A stretch of 64,000 nucleotides of DNA, from NCBI GenBank assembly GCA_977017575.1, contig CDRNVI010000040.1:682001-746000 (forward strand), in the 5' to 3' direction. The translations under genes were made by a program, and so were the position numbers. Positions within the stretch are counted from its first letter, which is position 1. The number at the start of each line of letters is the position of its first letter. The stretch is from Paramoeba atlantica. Taxonomy: Eukaryota; Protista; Discosea. Shown piece by piece: positions 1-10,475 of the stretch. The notes under the pieces were generated by a model. The model made no database searches, was not told the DNA's origin, and worked only from the letters and a program-made list of their open reading frames with translations.

Positions 1-87
1 TTTCTTTGGTCCGCGGACGACTCCGACCGCTCTGAAAGGAGAGGGCGTGTAAGTCAAGCAAACCTTCCACTTGAAGTTGAGCTAGAA

Positions 88-723
88 ATGTTTCTTCGGA
101 ACATCGATGGCAAGAGCCCATCATGGAAAGCGGATATTCCGATTGCATACTGGGATAATGTTTTTCATGATGACGATGGTTCCCTTTATCTTGATTTTGA
201 AAATAAAGAGTTACAGGGCACTATCGATCTGCGCTATCTCCCGAAACGTGTTGCGGTGCTGCGCATGTTTCAAAACTTGCTGAATGGTACTCTTGCACTG
301 TCTTTGCTTCATGATGACCTACAATCTCTCCATCTCTCAGCTAATGAATTCTCAGGTGCCGTAGATCTGTCACAACTTCCTGCATACATGCACACAATGG
401 AATTGAATAAAAATTTGCTTGTCGGAAAAATTGATCTTAGTTCACTTCCTGCCTCATTAAAAACGTTGAACCTCTCATCAAATGCACTTTCCGGGGAACT
501 AGACCTCACCTTGCTACATCCTCCTCTTACTTATCTAGATTTGGCAAGAAACGAATTTTCCGGATTTCCTAATATGAAGAAACTTCCACTCAGCCTTTGG
601 CTTTTGGACTTGTCGCACAATTTGATAGAGGTCGAGAAAAATGAGAGAAGCCAAATTCCTTCTTGCGTTCGAATCCTGGAACACGGTGTCATGGAAAAGC
701 GAAGAGGGTATTCCCAACGATAA
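88..723 (+). CDS. Leucine-rich repeat protein (LxxLxLxxNxFxGxVDLxxLP type), short N-terminus
   Basis: Repeats such as LQSLHLSANEFSGAVDLSQLP, LKTLNLSSNALSGELDLTLL and LTYLDLARNEFSG; remnant cap SPSWKADIPIAYW. Confidence 0.9.
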   Translation: MFLRNIDGKSPSWKADIPIAYWDNVFHDDDGSLYLDFENKELQGTIDLRYLPKRVAVLRMFQNLLNGTLALSLLHDDLQSLHLSANEFSGAVDLSQLPAYMHTMELNKNLLVGKIDLSSLPASLKTLNLSSNALSGELDLTLLHPPLTYLDLARNEFSGFPNMKKLPLSLWLLDLSHNLIEVEKNERSQIPSCVRILEHGVMEKRRGYSQR

Positions 724-1370
724 GCCGACTGAAATTTCTATATTTCAATTACGAATCATAATGTACCCCCCCTGTTTATAATACAATACACATGTAGGCT
801 TGACCCCCTCTCTATAGGGTCTTTTTTTGTAGTAACTGAGGCTAACTTTTTTTGTAACTGAGGCTCCTCCATTATCACCTTCCCTTATACTGTAGGTTCA
901 CTTGGAAAAAGGCGAGGCTATTATACCGTATTACACTAAGAAAATAAAATTTGCAAGACTATAATTTTAATGAATGGTTTATGGGTTTTCATGTACATTC
1001 ATTTTTTTTGCATTGTGTATAGGACGAAAACGTCTCGATTCAATTTTCACAGATTTTTATAGATTCATTTCCAATTTTTTTTACCCTATTTATGATGTCT
1101 ACAATATGTTACATACTTATGTTACATATTTATCTATGTCTACAATAATATGTTATATTATTGTGCCTATAGCTGCCTATAGCTTATTGTGCCGGGGGGG
1201 GGGGGGGGGGTCACAATAACCCGGAAAGCGGCTGATCCCGGAATATTACATTTCTTTTTTTTTTCATTTTCGAAAATTTCTTTTTCGTAGAGAATTAAAT
1301 GTACTCTACTGGTTGCTCTCATCACCCTTTCTGATATCGGTACCTCTTCATCCTTGCATTTTCATCAAAC

Positions 1371-2201
1371 ATGTTTCAACCGAATTTATCCCACCTTAAG
1401 CCACATATATTTCGAGATGTTTACGAACCTGATAGCGATTCATTCTGTTTGATGGATGCGTTGGAGTCAGACGTTTTTTTTCTTGAAAATCTTTGTCCTC
1501 GTATGGTGCTTGATGTCGGTTCAGGATCCGGCATTCTGTCTGCCCATCTTTTGCAAATACTTAATCATCAAAGTAAGAAAAATACAATAAGAACGCCTAA
1601 TGTGTTTCATGTTCTTTGTGCCGATATCAATATGGATGCCGCACGAGCCACGCAACAAACGCTTTCTCACGTCATAACGCAGATCTCTTCTGAACTCCGT
1701 ACGACAGCATCGTTAGATAACACACCTGTCAAAAATCTTTCTTGTACGAGCAATTCAGTACTTGGAACAAATCCTCTTACACTGTCAAAGGACGGTTTCA
1801 ATTCAACGCGAGGTCCTAAAGATTTCTCGTGTTCTATTGTCCGATCTGATTTGACCACATCGGCGTTACAACGGTGGGCATCGCTGTTTCATGTGATCCT
1901 ATGGAATCCTCCGTACGTTCCCACTACGCTTGACGAGGTCGCAGGGTACGGAATCGATCGCGCCTGTGCGGGGGGTCCTGGAGGTGTGCATCAACTTTTT
2001 AAAATGGCACCCTACGTGATATCACTCCTACATCCACACGGCGTAATGTATTTGTTACTTGTAGAAGCGAACGATCCTGAGAACGTTCGGATCAAATTTT
2101 CCGCTTATGGATTATCAAGTTCCGTGGTTCTTAGTCGTTTCAGTGGTGAGCGCTACACTGTCCTGAAGTTCGTCTATCCATGCCGCAATGTTGACGAATG
2201 A
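1371..2201 (+). CDS. N6AMT1: HemK2/N6AMT1 (Mtq2)-type eRF1 glutamine methyltransferase
   Basis: VYEPDSDSFCLMDAL N-terminal motif, SAM motif VLDVGSGSG, catalytic NPPY, GGPGG; internal insertion of about 50 aa. Confidence 0.88.
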   Translation: MFQPNLSHLKPHIFRDVYEPDSDSFCLMDALESDVFFLENLCPRMVLDVGSGSGILSAHLLQILNHQSKKNTIRTPNVFHVLCADINMDAARATQQTLSHVITQISSELRTTASLDNTPVKNLSCTSNSVLGTNPLTLSKDGFNSTRGPKDFSCSIVRSDLTTSALQRWASLFHVILWNPPYVPTTLDEVAGYGIDRACAGGPGGVHQLFKMAPYVISLLHPHGVMYLLLVEANDPENVRIKFSAYGLSSSVVLSRFSGERYTVLKFVYPCRNVDE

Positions 2202-2541
2202 GAACAGCTCGAGGACACTTAGAGCAACGATCTCACGATTCCATACTTTTAGTTGGACTTCTCTCAAAAACAAGGATATTTTCTTTGTGAAACTGGGAAG
2301 TAGTTTTTAGCTCGAAGCCCACCGTAGTGTTGATTTCCATGTTGAAGACGATCGCGCTAAAAGAACCACCTAATTCTCGCTCCATCTATTTTCAGCATGT
2401 TTCTCACAGCAATCCGATGGCTTGATGCATTGTTAATTTGCTTTCTAAAAACAAAACCTTTTAGTCATCCCAAACAACTAAAACTCTTCATTTTTAGCAC
2501 TTTTTTCCATTTACCCTTTCATCTCCCCTCCCCCCTTTCCC

Positions 2542-3480
2542 ATGCATCACACCCACGACGGCACCCCGTTACCCACCAAAGAGGACCTTAGCACCCTACA
2601 ACTCCTCCGCACCACCCTGGTTCGTCTCCTTACCCTCCCCGAGTCCGAACTCACCGAGCTCTGTGACGGTTGCTTCGTCCGTGTCCTTCTCGAGATCCGT
2701 CCCCCTTCCGCGCTGACCCACGATCCCACCCCCCCCGAGCCCTCCCCCCCTCCCCCCCAAACCAACGACTACCACCTCGCGGTGCTACGCGGTGTGCGTC
2801 GCGGCCCCCCGTACAGCGGGTTCACCTGGGACCAGCGCCTCACGGAGATCCACTTCCTGATTGAGCTCCCGGAGAGTGTGCACACGACGCCGCTGGGGAA
2901 CCGCGTCCAGCTGAACTCCATCTCCAACAGCCCGATCCGCGACACCGAGTACGACGCCTGGATGGGGCACATGGCCCAGAGCGGGAGTCTGGTGCTCACC
3001 CCCTCGCAGATCGCCATACGGGCGGGGCTGCTACGGGCGCAGCTGCGGAAGTGTGGTGTGGAGGGGAGAGCAGGGGGGAGGGAGGAGGGCGCGGGGTACC
3101 TCCAGGGAAGCCCTAGAGGGGGGGGAGTAGGGGTGGAGGGCTTGGAGGGGAGTACCGACATAGAGGGGTTACGGGAACATCTTATGCAGCAGTTTCGTGA
3201 GACACATGAGTTGCTGCCGACGCTACGGGAGCTTCCGGGTTTACATCCTGATGAGCTTCATTCGTTGCAAGCTAAGGTGTTATCGTTTTTAGAGCGCGTT
3301 CGAAACGCGCTTAAACAGAAAGCAAGGTGTCGTATGTGTGAGAGTCAACCTTGTGAAGTCATTTGTTATCCTTGCAAACATCAAGTTTTGTGTAGAAAGT
3401 GTGCCGAAGCGGTGACGCAATGCCCGGTGCCTGAATGTGGGGCGGTTATTCAGGATATCATACTTCCTTTTAGTATGTAG
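2542..3480 (+). CDS. Plus3-domain protein with C-terminal C3HC4-type RING finger
   Basis: Plus3-like GCFVRV...YHLAVLRGV...RVQLNSISNSPIRDTEYDAW; RING CRMC...CYPCKHQVLCRKC...CPVPEC. Confidence 0.75.
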   Translation: MHHTHDGTPLPTKEDLSTLQLLRTTLVRLLTLPESELTELCDGCFVRVLLEIRPPSALTHDPTPPEPSPPPPQTNDYHLAVLRGVRRGPPYSGFTWDQRLTEIHFLIELPESVHTTPLGNRVQLNSISNSPIRDTEYDAWMGHMAQSGSLVLTPSQIAIRAGLLRAQLRKCGVEGRAGGREEGAGYLQGSPRGGGVGVEGLEGSTDIEGLREHLMQQFRETHELLPTLRELPGLHPDELHSLQAKVLSFLERVRNALKQKARCRMCESQPCEVICYPCKHQVLCRKCAEAVTQCPVPECGAVIQDIILPFSM

Positions 3481-3746
3481 TTCGTAGCTATGGAGTAATG
3501 CAACGTTCTCTTGAAATATTCGCTTTGAAATTTCACTGACTGTGTACATTTATTCTGGTATAGCAATCTCCTCTTGTACGAAAATGCGTTATGCATTTAA
3601 ATAATATAGAATAAAGGGCACATCATAAAGCAATTTTTATCCTTTTCAAGGGTCCTAAGTTTTCCGTTCTAATTTTCTGTACGTACTTCTGAATACATGA
3701 AGTGTATTACAATGAGTATGCACGTCGGCGTTCATGATACGGTTTT

Positions 3747-4835
3747 ATGAAATTCCGTTTTGTGTCTCTAATGAATCACGCACCAAGCCAATCCTTGGAC
3801 GACCTTTTTTCTTTCCTTGGTTCATCCAATTGCTCACAAAAAGTGAAAAGTGAGTACCCTCATGTTTCCACGGAGTTTGTTCAACAAACATCAACCATTT
3901 CTTCCAACGATAACCGATCACGATCAAACGCAACACATAATGACGCCTCTGCGTTATCTTCACCGAACACTCACTCTTGTCACTCCTCTTCACAGAAGGA
4001 ATCCATATTAAATGAACTTCAAACTGTATTTACCTCTGTATATGGAGAGACTGAGCGCGACATGGCCCCAACAATTCTTTTTTTGTGGTTTCTAAACAAC
4101 GCAGGACATCTTATCTTCCATCAGCAGTACAGTACCCTGAGTACTGCTAATGTGTCTACTCACCTCACAACTGGAAGGCAACCTACACAGTTTTCAACCG
4201 ACCACGTGGTTCAGCACATGACGGTTTCCAATGAGGTAAATTCATCTCAGTTAAATCGTATTTTGTTTTGTGCAAGTGCTCTACACACTTATTTAGCTCT
4301 GTTATCCACAGAGTCCGATAAGGGGACTTACAATTCTTTAAATCCGCGTTGCATTTCTTTACAAAATCTTTACCTTTACTGTTTTCAGTGTGATACTCCC
4401 CTCAGAATCGTACTGGGCACAACAAAATCTATAAATAGCAAGCACCTTCAAGGTCGGTTTTCTTTTTCTTCCTCTCGAAAGCCGATTAGTGTTTCCCGAA
4501 ATTCTTCACTAAGTAGTTTAGCGGGTGATTGGCTTCGCGTAATACCTACAGGTAAAGCTTCGCCGAGATTAGACGCCTTTCAACATTTGTATCGATCCTA
4601 CGTAGATTATATTCTCAGTGATCCCACCTATCTTATAGAGGAAGACGGCAACGGGCAACCGATTGTCGCCTCAAAGCATCCTCAATTCATGGAGTCGGTT
4701 GAAACAACTGTTTTAGGCTTCGTAGAGCACGTACAAGAAGAAAATTCGAAATCCAGTAGGCCAGATGTGGTTAAGAAAACGGCTCAGGTATACGATTTGG
4801 GCTCACGTTTGCTTTCTTCTTTAAAACTCTCCTGA
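3747..4835 (+). CDS. Sybindin-family TRAPP subunit (TRAPPC4/Trs23-like); conserved core starts at ATG 4062
   Basis: LWFLNNAGHLIF, ILFCASALHT, LYCFQCDTPLRIVL and LYRSYVDYILSDPTY..EDGNGQPI match the longin/Sybindin pattern. Confidence 0.7.
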   Translation: MKFRFVSLMNHAPSQSLDDLFSFLGSSNCSQKVKSEYPHVSTEFVQQTSTISSNDNRSRSNATHNDASALSSPNTHSCHSSSQKESILNELQTVFTSVYGETERDMAPTILFLWFLNNAGHLIFHQQYSTLSTANVSTHLTTGRQPTQFSTDHVVQHMTVSNEVNSSQLNRILFCASALHTYLALLSTESDKGTYNSLNPRCISLQNLYLYCFQCDTPLRIVLGTTKSINSKHLQGRFSFSSSRKPISVSRNSSLSSLAGDWLRVIPTGKASPRLDAFQHLYRSYVDYILSDPTYLIEEDGNGQPIVASKHPQFMESVETTVLGFVEHVQEENSKSSRPDVVKKTAQVYDLGSRLLSSLKLS

Positions 4836-5166
4836 CACAACGTTAGCGCGGCACTTTCGTCACATTTTTTTATAACGGATCGTGTCTTGAGTTATTTCTC
4901 TGGACATTACTGAATGGTAAGGATGTATCCCTTATTCTTTCACTTCCTCAATATCCTTCCAATCCCTTTTTTCCACTAAAGCCACACTATAGGTATAGCC
5001 GTTTGTACAATCCGGATTGGATAGCTCACTCAAAATCTGGAATACAAAAAATTTACCCCGCCTTGTTTCCACCTTTCTTCAACCTACATCCCCTTCCAAC
5101 ACCTCACACACCTCATCTTTTTTTTTGATTTCACAACAAAAAACCGACAAAACAAAACATGCACAT

Positions 5167-5199
5167 AATAATAATAATAATAATAATTGTAATAATAAT
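5167..5199 (+). repeat. (AAT)n microsatellite upstream of V-ATPase c
   Basis: (AAT)7 TGT (AAT)3 read directly. Confidence 0.95.
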
Positions 5200-5229
5200 T
5201 TAGATCCTTTCTTCTTCTCCCTCATCCCC

Positions 5230-5715
5230 ATGTCTCATCCCGCGCACTCCCCCGTGGCTGTACTTCTCGGTCACCTCGGGGTTACCTTCGCCATGTCGCT
5301 CTCCAACGTGGGCGCGGCCTATGGCACGGCCAAGGCAGGGGTCAGCGTGGCGCGTCTCGGTGTGGGCCGGAAGAGTGGGATGATGAAGGGATTCGTCCCG
5401 ATCGTGATGGCAGGGATCCTCTCGATCTACGGCCTGATTGCGGCCGTGATTATACAAAACCACATCACCCCGGTGGGGAGGTATTCGATACCTGCCGGGT
5501 GTATGCATTTGGGTGCGGGGATTGCGGTGGGGCTCTCCTCGTTGGCGGCAGGATATACGATTGGGATTGTGGGGGATAGTTGTGCGCGTACGTTTATTGA
5601 GCAGGATCGTATTTTTACGCCAATGATTTTGATGTTGATTTTTTCAGAGGCGCTTGGGCTTTATGGTTTAATACTTGGGCTTTTGATGGATAGTCACGCA
5701 ACAAAATTTATCTAA
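5230..5715 (+). CDS. V-type ATPase 16-kDa proteolipid subunit c/c' (161 aa from first ATG)
   Basis: LSNVGAAYGTAKAG, PIVMAGILSIYGLI, GIVGD and the proton-carrying Glu in LIFSEALGLYGLI; the track start at 5017 is a TTG in likely UTR. Confidence 0.95.
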   Translation: MSHPAHSPVAVLLGHLGVTFAMSLSNVGAAYGTAKAGVSVARLGVGRKSGMMKGFVPIVMAGILSIYGLIAAVIIQNHITPVGRYSIPAGCMHLGAGIAVGLSSLAAGYTIGIVGDSCARTFIEQDRIFTPMILMLIFSEALGLYGLILGLLMDSHATKFI

Positions 5716-5960
5716 TACCCATAGGATGCTTATTTGCATCGAACCAAGGTTGGTTGCATAGGATATCCTTTGGATGCCGCAACCTGAAATTGGTGGTATG
5801 ATGTGCGTTTAACAATCCTCCTTATGGTTGAATAATGTTTCACTGTTGAAATAAAATTGTGAAGCATCTTCTCACTACCTTAGTGACGCATATAGGTGGC
5901 TTGGTGACTGTCTATTTTTTTACGTATTTCTCTTTGTATCTTTTATGAATCGTGTTTTTC

Positions 5961-6701
5961 ATGCCTTCAACTCTTCTAAAAGATTTTCCTCGATCGAGCC
6001 CATTGACTGATGCATTGCGGGTTCTGCACCTTGAAACACGCATCCCTATTCATGCTCTTAGCTGCGAGTCATCCTTCCGGTTCCTTAGTGAAAATACTTT
6101 ACGGCGTGCCTTTTGTAATCAAGCTCTTAAACTTCATCCAGATGTCCCTGGTGGGGATGTGACGTGCTTTATTCGCTTGAGAGAGTCATATGACCTTCTA
6201 CGAACACATATTCGTACTAGACAAAGGAACCACGTAGTAAATCCTTCATTTGCGTCTTCTGAAGAAGTAATTTTTTCATTTCAGACTCGATATGAACGAC
6301 AGAACGCGTCACATCGACATGTACGACAAAAAAGAAGTTCTCAATTAGAATGTGGTCCCAGAACAAACCACTGTCTAGGCTCGCACTTTGCAGAAGCGCG
6401 AAAATGTCCCGGAAAGAATACTGACCACTGTCTTCAGAAGGATTCCACTTATCTAAATAAGGAAACTAGTGGCACTGCGATACTTTCTTCACGATATTGC
6501 GCATCCCCCATGTATTCTACAACCTCTGAATCATGCTCTTCAAAGGAAACATTGAGTTTTGATGCGGCTTTTTCCAAATTAAAGTCACTAAAATCCAAAG
6601 TTTCGTTTTCTGTGGTGAACTATCCGAAGCCTTTGCCAAAATATGCTTCATGTTTCATGCCTTGGAAGCCGAATTCGAAAATGGTGTTCTGCAATGAATA
6701 G
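5961..6701 (+). CDS. J-domain (DnaJ type III) protein
   Basis: LRRAFCNQALKLHPDVPGGD...FIRLRESYDLL with HPD motif; first ATG at 5961. Confidence 0.75.
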   Translation: MPSTLLKDFPRSSPLTDALRVLHLETRIPIHALSCESSFRFLSENTLRRAFCNQALKLHPDVPGGDVTCFIRLRESYDLLRTHIRTRQRNHVVNPSFASSEEVIFSFQTRYERQNASHRHVRQKRSSQLECGPRTNHCLGSHFAEARKCPGKNTDHCLQKDSTYLNKETSGTAILSSRYCASPMYSTTSESCSSKETLSFDAAFSKLKSLKSKVSFSVVNYPKPLPKYASCFMPWKPNSKMVFCNE

Positions 6702-7128
6702 AACCTGAATTTCCATTAGATCTTCATTTATACTTTTTGAACTGTGCGTTACATGCATGTACGTCTTGACTTTTTGACCTTTATCATTTAACTTGATTTT
6801 TCTTTTTCTACATAGTTTCTTGCTACTTGACTACTTGAGATGGAAAAAGACGAATTAAATATTTTTTCGTAACTTTATTAGGCGAATGAAATATTATTGC
6901 AAAAAATGAAACACAGAAGCACTATTTCTATTTCGTGGGAATTTCCACGCTTGCTGCTATTGATATCTCGCCTGTCCTGTAGAGAAGAGAGAGAAGTCTG
7001 TCCTGTATATTGAAAAGTAGACGTCTAAATCACTTGTTTATTGACTCCTGAATAAATAAATTTTTTGTCACGTACACGTATACTTCTAGGATGCTAAATC
7101 GTGGATTTTCTATTAGATTATACATTGC

Positions 7129-7986
7129 ATGATGATGTTTATTTTTTTATTCGGTATTTTGGTGCACAATTTATGTGCAAAAGACGACAAGGGCATTGTC
7201 ACCTCTTCATGTCGCGGAAAGGTTCGAGGCGCTCTACTTTCACAGGATATGGAAATGTGTTGTTTCGTTTCAAACGTCCACGCGAAGAGTAGTAACATGT
7301 TTAATGACAGTTCTGCATGCACGTGGTACGGAGTTTGGTGCGACGAAGAACAGAAAATAAAACGAATCAGCTGGACCTATCGTGATCTGCAAGGACATCT
7401 TGCATGGGAATATTTACCATCAACCTTGACCACACTGAGAGTCGGTCGAAACAATCTTACAGGATCTGTACCGACGCTGCATTTCTCTTCACAGCTTTCT
7501 TATATAGATATTGAGTATAATAACTTTAGTGGATTTTTTGATGCGACTTCTCTTCCGTCTGTTTTGGATGAGATTTGGTCCGCACAGAACCGTTTCAGTG
7601 GGCCACTTGATCTTACGAATCTTCCACAACAGATAAGAATCATTTCCTTAACGAAAAACAAGCTTACGGGAAAATTGGATTTGACTCTACTTCCGGATTC
7701 TTTGCAGCAGCTATATTTACAACGTAATTGTTTTGAGGGAACCATCGATTTGACACGCCTTCCGCGCAATTTGACTGCGCTGTACTTGTCAGACAACGCA
7801 TTGGAAGGCGACATCACCCTCAGAAACTTGCCGAAATCTTTGAAAGATGTGTTTCTTGGGGGAAATTGTTTTGTTGGGACCGTGGACTTGGTCGCTTTTC
7901 CACCATCCCTTCGCGCCGTTAGCCTTGAAAACAATAAATATACTTTGACATTTACTATGCCTCTTTCGCCTTGTATTACTATTTAA
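7129..7986 (+). CDS. LRR protein with signal-peptide-like N-terminus and Cys cap
   Basis: MMMFIFLFGILVHNLCA; cap ACTWYGVWCD; about 7 repeats such as LQQLYLQRNCFEGTIDLTRLP. Confidence 0.9.
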   Translation: MMMFIFLFGILVHNLCAKDDKGIVTSSCRGKVRGALLSQDMEMCCFVSNVHAKSSNMFNDSSACTWYGVWCDEEQKIKRISWTYRDLQGHLAWEYLPSTLTTLRVGRNNLTGSVPTLHFSSQLSYIDIEYNNFSGFFDATSLPSVLDEIWSAQNRFSGPLDLTNLPQQIRIISLTKNKLTGKLDLTLLPDSLQQLYLQRNCFEGTIDLTRLPRNLTALYLSDNALEGDITLRNLPKSLKDVFLGGNCFVGTVDLVAFPPSLRAVSLENNKYTLTFTMPLSPCITI

Positions 7987-8087
7987 TAAAGTGGGGATTT
8001 TTTAGGATGCTATAAATTTTGTATTTCCTGCTTTTTTCGTAATATTGGATTGGACATTTCTTTAATACTACGATCTTAAGTGGCAGT

Positions 8088-8795
8088 ATGCCAGTTCATA
8101 GCACTCTACAACATATTTGTCGCGTAGTACATTCTTTTGTGATAATGTTCCTTCTTTTTCCCAGCTCGGATGAGCGTCATAACGCCCCGCCAAGTCGCGT
8201 CCTTGGGAATCTCCCACAAGAGTACGATCTGGTCCGCTTCATAAAAGGTATGGAGAACGTGCACCCTTCTTGGGTAATAACTACACCTGCTTGTGAATGG
8301 AAGGATGTATATTGTGATGCAAATGGTCGAGTAGACCAAGTTCTTTGGGGGAATATGGGAATCTCAGGCGTTGTGGAATGGGGGACGCTCCCCTATTCCG
8401 TCCGAAAGCTTAATCTTGGTTGCAACTTTGAACTAGGCGGCACTGTGGATCTTGGCTCTTTTCCACAGTGTGTGGAGGAAATTGGGCTATTTGCGTGTAG
8501 CTTTGTTGGAGCATTATATCTTACGAGTCTTCCCACGGCTCTTCTCCGCCTTAACACTGCGCAAAATATGCTCTCCGGTCTTCTTGATTTCACCAAGCTC
8601 CCAGCAGAAATACAAATTCTTCGGTTGAGTGAAAACATGTTTGGTGGGACGGCTGATTTTTCTTTCTTGCCTGCTTCTGTTCAAGAAATAGACTTAAGAA
8701 ACACGCTAGTAACCTCATTAAATGAAGTTCCATTGTTTGTCGAAATGCCAGACATACCCAAAGTTCCTCAGGTACACCGCGCGCCAAACAAATAG
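8088..8795 (+). CDS. LRR protein, same family
   Basis: Cap HPSWVITTPACEWKDVYCD; repeats LRLNTAQNMLSGLLDFTKLP and IQILRLSENMFGGTADFSFLP. Confidence 0.88.
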   Translation: MPVHSTLQHICRVVHSFVIMFLLFPSSDERHNAPPSRVLGNLPQEYDLVRFIKGMENVHPSWVITTPACEWKDVYCDANGRVDQVLWGNMGISGVVEWGTLPYSVRKLNLGCNFELGGTVDLGSFPQCVEEIGLFACSFVGALYLTSLPTALLRLNTAQNMLSGLLDFTKLPAEIQILRLSENMFGGTADFSFLPASVQEIDLRNTLVTSLNEVPLFVEMPDIPKVPQVHRAPNK

Positions 8796-9181
8796 CAGCT
8801 TAATCTTTTTTTTGTTGCTTTATTAAATTTCAATTAAAAAACTAAATTTATACTTCGTCTGAATAACAATTAAAAGTGGCTCATTTACTAAAACCTCAAG
8901 TGTATTACCAACGCCCCAGGTCCCAACAGACACCGAACAGTCCCCCTTTTATAAGGAAGAGAGCTTCATCCCGAAAGTTTCATAAAATTTTGCAAAGTGA
9001 GTGGTGACACAGTAGCAATATTAAACTTGATCTGTGCCCAATCAATAATGAAAACTTTTCCCGTACACGGTAGGATACCTACCTCCATTTCAACCCCTTT
9101 CTTATATATACCTCCCATTAGCCACTCCTTTTCTTTCCTACCCTCCTCCCTCCCTCTCCCACGCTTTGCTTCCCCCCCCCC

Positions 9182-9901
9182 ATGTTTCACCTCGCTCTCC
9201 CCCTCCTCTTCCTCTCTCCCCTTCTCTCCCCCAGGTGTCGTTTCACCGAACCCGCTTCCTCTTCTTCTTCCTCTACCACCACCTCCTCCTCTCGTAAACG
9301 TAAACGCGGCCCCTCCAAAGTCCAGGGGGTCGGGATCCCCGCGGAGTACCAACTCGCCCGTCTCGTCTCCCGTCTCTCCCACGTCTACCCCAGCTGGTCG
9401 ACCCACACCCCGGCGTGTGCGTGGTACCGCGTAGGGTGTGGGGGGGACGGGGGGGTGAGCTCGCTGCTGTGGGAGGGGCTGGGGTTAAGGGGGCCTCTCC
9501 ATTGGGGGTTTCTCCCCTCCTCGACGTTGTATGTGGATCTCGCCATGGTGGTGGTCGAGGGGGAGTACCGGTTTAACTACATTACGGGGAGCGTGGAGAC
9601 GGGGAGGTTGCCGCCGGGACTGCGTAGTCTTGTGATTGGGGATAATTTGTTTGTGGGGACGCCGGATTTGGCGGCGCTACCGGTGACGCTGCGGTGGTTG
9701 GATTTGAGCGCTAATCGGTTGAGTGGGGAGGTGAATCTTGGCTCTCTGCCGCCGTATTTGCAGCAGCTTCATCTGAATTTCAACAAGGAGCTCTCTGGGG
9801 AGCTCTGGGAGGATCTACTTCCAAAAACTTTGACTTCGGTCAGCATTGAGGGGACCAGAATTGTGAAACAATGTGTGGTCGTGAAGACATTGGAGGACTG
9901 A
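9182..9901 (+). CDS. LRR protein, same family, with hydrophobic N-terminus and RKRKR motif
   Basis: Cap YPSWSTHTPACAWYRVGC; repeats LRWLDLSANRLSGEVNLGSLP and LQQLHLNFN. Confidence 0.85.
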   Translation: MFHLALPLLFLSPLLSPRCRFTEPASSSSSSTTTSSSRKRKRGPSKVQGVGIPAEYQLARLVSRLSHVYPSWSTHTPACAWYRVGCGGDGGVSSLLWEGLGLRGPLHWGFLPSSTLYVDLAMVVVEGEYRFNYITGSVETGRLPPGLRSLVIGDNLFVGTPDLAALPVTLRWLDLSANRLSGEVNLGSLPPYLQQLHLNFNKELSGELWEDLLPKTLTSVSIEGTRIVKQCVVVKTLED

Positions 9902-10233
9902 TCGAGCACTCGACGACAACCCGTTCCTTGTCGAACGATGCGAATCAAAAGAAACTCAGTGTTTTTGGTTTCATTTTTTCCCTGCGATTGTTTATAGTGG
10001 TAAATGATTCTGATTTCTATTCGAATTTTTAAATTCGAAGTACGTATTGCTTTTGGGCTGTAGTGTAGTAGGCATTTAAGATTGGTCCACGGAGCATTTT
10101 TCAATGCTTCCAGGATTCATTTATGTTTGCGTCATTTGCTTCTTTTCTTTGAAAGTTACCATTGCCGGTTCGATGTGAAAATATCTTTTTTTAACGTTAT
10201 CTTGCACAAAACAGATATTTATTGGTAAGAATA

Positions 10234-10311
10234 CCGTTACACTCCCCCTTACTTATCCTCAAACTATGGCCTTTGACCTAAAACGAAGGGGATAAGTATA
10301 GGGGGTAACAG
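10234..10311. mobile_element. 78-bp TA-flanked miniature inverted-repeat element
   Basis: TA|CCGTTACACTCCCCCTTACTTATCC ... GGATAAGTATAGGGGGTAACAG|TA; imperfect arms of about 22 bp. Confidence 0.45.
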
Positions 10312-10475
10312 TAGTATGTTGCCTGGGCAACAGATATTATAACAAATATTATTATTTCTCCTCCTGGAACTACAGTAAGCAATATTTGTGGTGTACTGGT
10401 ATTAGCGGTTGTGGGTAAATGTTCTTCAGCTTTTGAGTTTTGATATTTACACTACAGCATTTTTCTACGTTCTCC

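Noticed and set aside
5017-5229. 71-aa N-terminal extension of V-ATPase c with poly-Asn
   Set aside because: Starts at TTG and spans a microsatellite and pyrimidine tract; ATG 5230 gives a normal-sized subunit.
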